DNA from: Pirellulaceae bacterium
GTDB lineage: Bacteria > Planctomycetota > Planctomycetia > Pirellulales > Pirellulaceae
DNA: 34,798 bases
Direction of reading: 5' to 3'
NCBI GenBank assembly: GCA_031426475.1
Contig: JANPLJ010000133.1
Span: forward strand, 1-34,798
Under the pieces are notes generated by a model that was not told the DNA's origin, did no database searches, and saw nothing but the letters and a program-made list of their open reading frames with translations. Positions 33,561 to 34,798 of this stretch are shown here, piece after piece. The first letter of the stretch is position 1. Each line of letters starts with the position of its first letter. The position numbers were made by a program, and so were the translations under genes.

Positions 33561-34558
33561 TGATGAATGCAGCAACTAGCCGAACCATCGCCGAGCCAAC
33601 GAATAAACATAGTAGCGTTTCGGCGAAACCAACTCGCAAATTCTCGTTCGTGATCCCGACCTATCGAAGGCCGGATGTTCTTGCGATGTGTCTCGAAAGC
33701 ATTCGGAGCCAACGATACGACAGTAACGAGCTGGAGGTGATCGTAATCGACAATGCAGAGCAAGAGAATTCTTCTGCGGTCATGAAAGGCTTTTCCGATT
33801 TAAAAATCGATTACATCGTCAACGAGAAGAATATTGGCCCAGGCGGCTCGCTGAACAAAGGATTGAGGTTAGCGGACGGGAAGCGGATCGTGATCATGAA
33901 CGACGATGCTATCTTGCCGCCGAACTTTCTTCAGCATTGTGATGAAGCCTTCGACAGCGATCCATTGATTGGTTGTCTAGGTTTTCGAGTACTCGAAGAC
34001 AACTATGAAAACATTCCTGGAGGAATTGGCACGATCTCGCGAACCGGCCGCGTTATTGGAAATTTCGACCTGGATAGCAGTGGCCTCATTGAAGTCGAAC
34101 ACATCTACGGGTTTTGTTATGCGATCACTCGAGAATCATTAAATGTCGCAGGCCCTTTTGATACCGTGTTGCTCGCGAAACCCTATGCTAGCGGCAATCG
34201 GATCGAAACGGACCACTGTTTGAGCATCCGACGCGCAGGCCTCAAAGTTGTGTATGACTCGAGAATGCCTGTCCGGCATTTGGCAAAACCTCGTCTGGAT
34301 ATCGGCGAGCGTTCTCTCAAATGGAGGCTGAACGACATCCGAAATACGCTTTATCTCTTTCTAAAACATTTCGGATTGTCGGGGAGAGGTTTTCTCTCGC
34401 TTCGATATGCGATGTTGCATGACCTGGGAATCCGCTCTGCCCTGCTGTGTCCTACTCCCAAGAACATCGGGTACTTTTTGACGGGTGTTCGTGGTCGTGT
34501 CAGTGCTTTTGGGCACTATTTCCTTTATCTTGTCAAACGAACGGCGGGGCAGCGATGA
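33560..34558 (+). CDS. Glycosyltransferase family 2
   Basis: Motifs present are FSFVIPTYRRPDVLAMCLESIRSQ, LEVIVIDNA and IVIMNDDAILPP. The listed ORF starts at 33524, inside the upstream gene. The ATG at 33560 (TAATG overlap) is preferred. Confidence 0.85.
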   Translation: MMNAATSRTIAEPTNKHSSVSAKPTRKFSFVIPTYRRPDVLAMCLESIRSQRYDSNELEVIVIDNAEQENSSAVMKGFSDLKIDYIVNEKNIGPGGSLNKGLRLADGKRIVIMNDDAILPPNFLQHCDEAFDSDPLIGCLGFRVLEDNYENIPGGIGTISRTGRVIGNFDLDSSGLIEVEHIYGFCYAITRESLNVAGPFDTVLLAKPYASGNRIETDHCLSIRRAGLKVVYDSRMPVRHLAKPRLDIGERSLKWRLNDIRNTLYLFLKHFGLSGRGFLSLRYAMLHDLGIRSALLCPTPKNIGYFLTGVRGRVSAFGHYFLYLVKRTAGQR

Positions 34559-34798
34559 AAGTTGTACTCTTGGCTGGTGGATATGGGACGCGTTTTGGAA
34601 AGACCACGGATTTCCTGCCGAAACCGATGGTTCCGATTGGGCCAATGCCGATTCTGTGGCATATTATGCGCTTTTATGCGCACTACCAGCACAACGATTT
34701 TATCGTTGCAACAGGGTATAAATCGGAGTTGATCAAAGAGTTTTTCTGTAACTTGAATATCTACTCGAACGATTTTGCGATCGATTTCAATGTTGACG
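34555..34798 (+). CDS. rfbF: Glucose-1-phosphate cytidylyltransferase, N-terminal part (the 3' end runs off the window)
   Basis: This ORF is absent from the supplied track because it is open-ended. My translation from the ATG at 34555 (ATGA overlap) reads MKVVLLAGGYGTRFGKTTDFLPKPMVPIGPMPILWHIMRFYAHYQHNDFIVATGYKSELIKEFF. This closely follows the RfbF/DdhA N-terminus (LAGG-GTR...KPKPMV-IG--PILWHIM--Y). Confidence 0.85.
   Translation, partial: MKVVLLAGGYGTRFGKTTDFLPKPMVPIGPMPILWHIMRFYAHYQHNDFIVATGYKSELIKEFFCNLNIYSNDFAIDFNVD

Noticed and set aside
1-34798. Search by eye for tRNA/rRNA genes, CRISPR arrays, transposases/integrases, toxin-antitoxin or defence-type genes, and PEP-CTERM-type C-termini
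   Set aside because: I found none. The intergenic regions are short and lack tRNA-like GTTCGAATC arms or spaced direct repeats. No ORF has transposase, integrase or nuclease-type motifs, and no ORF ends in a PEP motif followed by a TM helix and an Arg cluster.

Overview
The window looks like a chromosome segment from a Planctomycetota (Pirellulales-like) genome. This is inferred from a DUF1559 H-X9-DG protein and a PSCyt-type CxxCH protein at the left edge. After these two genes come a TrmH-family methyltransferase, a proline-repeat membrane protein and a minus-strand DevC/DevA/HlyD-type tripartite ABC exporter. A 480-bp divergent intergenic region then opens a glycan locus of about 27.7 kb that is entirely on the plus strand (7132 to >34798, 22 genes, open at the 3' end).

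Module 1 (7132-21023) is an exosortase/EpsI set of the PEP-CTERM-locus type. It contains:
- an exosortase with intact Cys233/Arg277/His297
- one fused Wzz-type chain-length determinant plus BY tyrosine kinase
- a 1604-aa single-pass TPR protein
- EpsI
- a fused phosphoglycosyl transferase and PEP-CTERM-locus-type polysaccharide deacetylase
- two GT4 enzymes and a hexapeptide acyltransferase

Module 2 (21254 to >34798) resembles an ABC-transporter-dependent O-polysaccharide assembly line. It contains:
- Wzm and a long Wzt with a C-terminal extension
- two SAM methyltransferases
- a perosamine-synthase-like aminotransferase plus a GNAT
- six more glycosyltransferases
- a long-form UDP-galactopyranose-mutase-like flavoenzyme
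- the start of a CDP-hexose pathway (rfbF)

I could not find Wzx, Wzy, an OPX/Wza exporter, a PEP-CTERM substrate, PrsK/PrsR, RNA genes, CRISPR arrays or mobile elements. All family calls come from motif recognition by eye. No searches were run.
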